From Candidatus Peribacteria bacterium (GTDB taxonomy: Bacteria > Patescibacteriota > Gracilibacteria > Peribacterales > Peribacteraceae): 64,000 nucleotides of DNA. The stretch spans positions 133,812-197,811 of the forward strand of contig CALRAD010000001.1 of the NCBI GenBank assembly GCA_943350395.1, in the 5' to 3' direction. Below are positions 63,801 through 64,000 of this stretch, in pieces (positions within the stretch are counted from its first letter, which is position 1; each line of letters starts with the position of its first letter). Both the position numbers and the translations under genes were made by a program. A model generated the notes under the pieces. That model was not told where the DNA came from. It searched no databases and was given only the letters and a program-made list of their open reading frames with translations.

Positions 63801-63954
63801 CCACCCTACCCCACAGAATGACATCCTCGTAGCTTGCACGCTCTGGCGTTTCCCCATCGGGGCTCATCTGTGGTCCTGCAACATAGCTGTATCCCAGCTC
63901 GACGAGATGTTCGATGAGTGCCTGTTCGAGGTCGGATTCGTAGAGGGAGGTCAT
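60802..63954 (-). CDS. hsdR: type I restriction endonuclease, R subunit
   Basis: N-terminal nuclease region (PDVLLFVNGLPLVVIELK). Helicase motifs WHTQGSGKSLSMVF, IADEAHRTQ, FTGTP. C-terminal helical domain. 1050 aa. Confidence 0.93.
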   Translation of the reverse strand: MTSLYESDLEQALIEHLVELGYSYVAGPQMSPDGETPERASYEDVILWGRVEVAIRKLNAKVSEQAIAQALRLLRNIEGADLIEKNRTMQRYLTVGIEVTAQVNGEEKGLRITVIDPDPSKNDLLVTNQFTIIEKNVNKRPDVLLFVNGLPLVVIELKNPDDEQATVQKAYQQLQTYKRVIPSLFITNAFLVASDGYDASAGSLSADYNRFAVWKSKDGKTLAKKTDPELVTLTEGLLRPHVLLDMLLHFSVFERTKTEDPKTKQIHIDLVKKIAAYHQYYAVNKAVERAKEASAETGDRKAGVVWHTQGSGKSLSMVFFAGKIVQSLQNPTIVVITDRNDLDDQLFDTFSNATDVLRQPPVQAENREHLQKLLRVQSGGIVFTTIQKFFPEDRGEVHDLLSDRRNIIVIADEAHRTQYGFGAKTKVVKDEMGEETDVQTTYGFAKYLRDALPNASFIGFTGTPIEKDDANTPAVFGRYIDVYDIQRAVEDKATVPIYYESRLAKVRVDPVALAKIDEEVDELLVETNASVAEEAKAKWAQVEAIVGQADRLRLIAKDVVDHFEARTSRLTGKAMIVCMSRRIAAALYEEIEKLRPQWHDDDIEKGGMKVVMTTSTSDTEQMLRHETTKEGRKRLSERMRDPADPLKIVIVIDMWLTGFDAPCLHTLYIDKPMKGHNLMQAIARVNRVYKDKTGGLVVDYIGIATDLKRALRVYTESGGEGEPTFDISVAVQTLKKNIEIVRQMFHGFDYHRYFSATTQQKLHIILEAQEHVLSLTNGNDRYAKAVDALSMTHALCAAESFAREVAAETGFFEVVRTRLRKFTSSARTTTGVDLETAIRQIIDEAIVADGVVDIFDAAGIKKPDISILSEEFLEEVRTMKHRHLALELLKKLLGDEIKTRSKSNAVQSRKLSERLQMAIQKYQNNLLTSTEVIEELMNIAREIRAEDAEAVALGITIEEKAFYDALMVNDSAQEVLGNKILGELAHAIVDQVKKNISVDWTVRENARAKLRVIVKRLLKKYGYPPDLEKMAVDRVLKQSELLAEDWSDRA

Positions 63955-63956
63955 GA

Positions 63957-64000
63957 TTAGAACGGTAAATCTACTGGAATAATAGGTTTTTCAGAAGGCA
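63957..64000 (-). CDS. 3' end of an upstream gene (possibly another hsd component), truncated by window edge
   Basis: The frame reading ..PSEKPIIPVDLPF* ends 2 nt before the hsdR ATG. Only 14 codons are visible, and another frame also has a stop nearby. Confidence 0.25.
   Translation of the reverse strand, partial: PSEKPIIPVDLPF

Noticed and set aside
1-64000. Alternative genetic code (UGA recoding) as seen in some uncultivated lineages
   Set aside because: TGA terminates many well-defined genes exactly where homologues end. It also takes part in ATGA stop/start overlaps (trp and aro operons). Standard code 11 therefore fits.

Overview
This is a gene-dense bacterial chromosomal window of about 60 CDS at roughly 50% GC. 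It uses the standard genetic code: TGA acts as a stop in many ATGA start/stop overlaps. Most of the window is core metabolism arranged in tightly coupled operons. These include trpC-F-B-A plus a TrpR-like gene, and a 9.4-kb shikimate/aromatic amino acid operon on the minus strand (DAHP synthase, aroB, aroA~aroK, aroD~aroE, aroC, chorismate mutase, tyrA, pheA, aminotransferase). Also present are riboflavin genes (ribE, ribH, ribBA), purM, a class II-like purE, pyrE, transaldolase, gnd, membrane pyrophosphatase, uvrA, pheS, ileS, rnhB, rlmE, rsmG and ftsE. RNA genes are tRNA-Ala(GGC), tRNA-Arg(GCG), tRNA-Arg(UCG) and a tmRNA. Accessory content comprises a Phd/RelE-type toxin-antitoxin pair, several orphan genes, SLH-domain and Cys-rich secreted proteins, a four-helix-bundle gene flanked by heptamer inverted repeats, and a type I restriction R subunit next to the tmRNA. 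The most unusual observations are: (1) an isoleucyl-tRNA synthetase of about 1455 aa with two histidine-phosphatase (PGAM-like) domains inserted in its catalytic core; (2) a long RelA/SpoT homologue with a degenerate synthetase domain fused to a C-terminal EamA/DMT-like membrane domain; (3) a secreted protein built from knottin-like and beta-defensin-like cysteine frameworks; (4) several families of short hairpin repeats that occur between genes and also in frame inside essential genes; (5) an aroB | aroA~aroK | aroD~aroE order colinear with the eukaryotic AROM polypeptide. All functional calls rest on motif recognition by eye. No database search was run.
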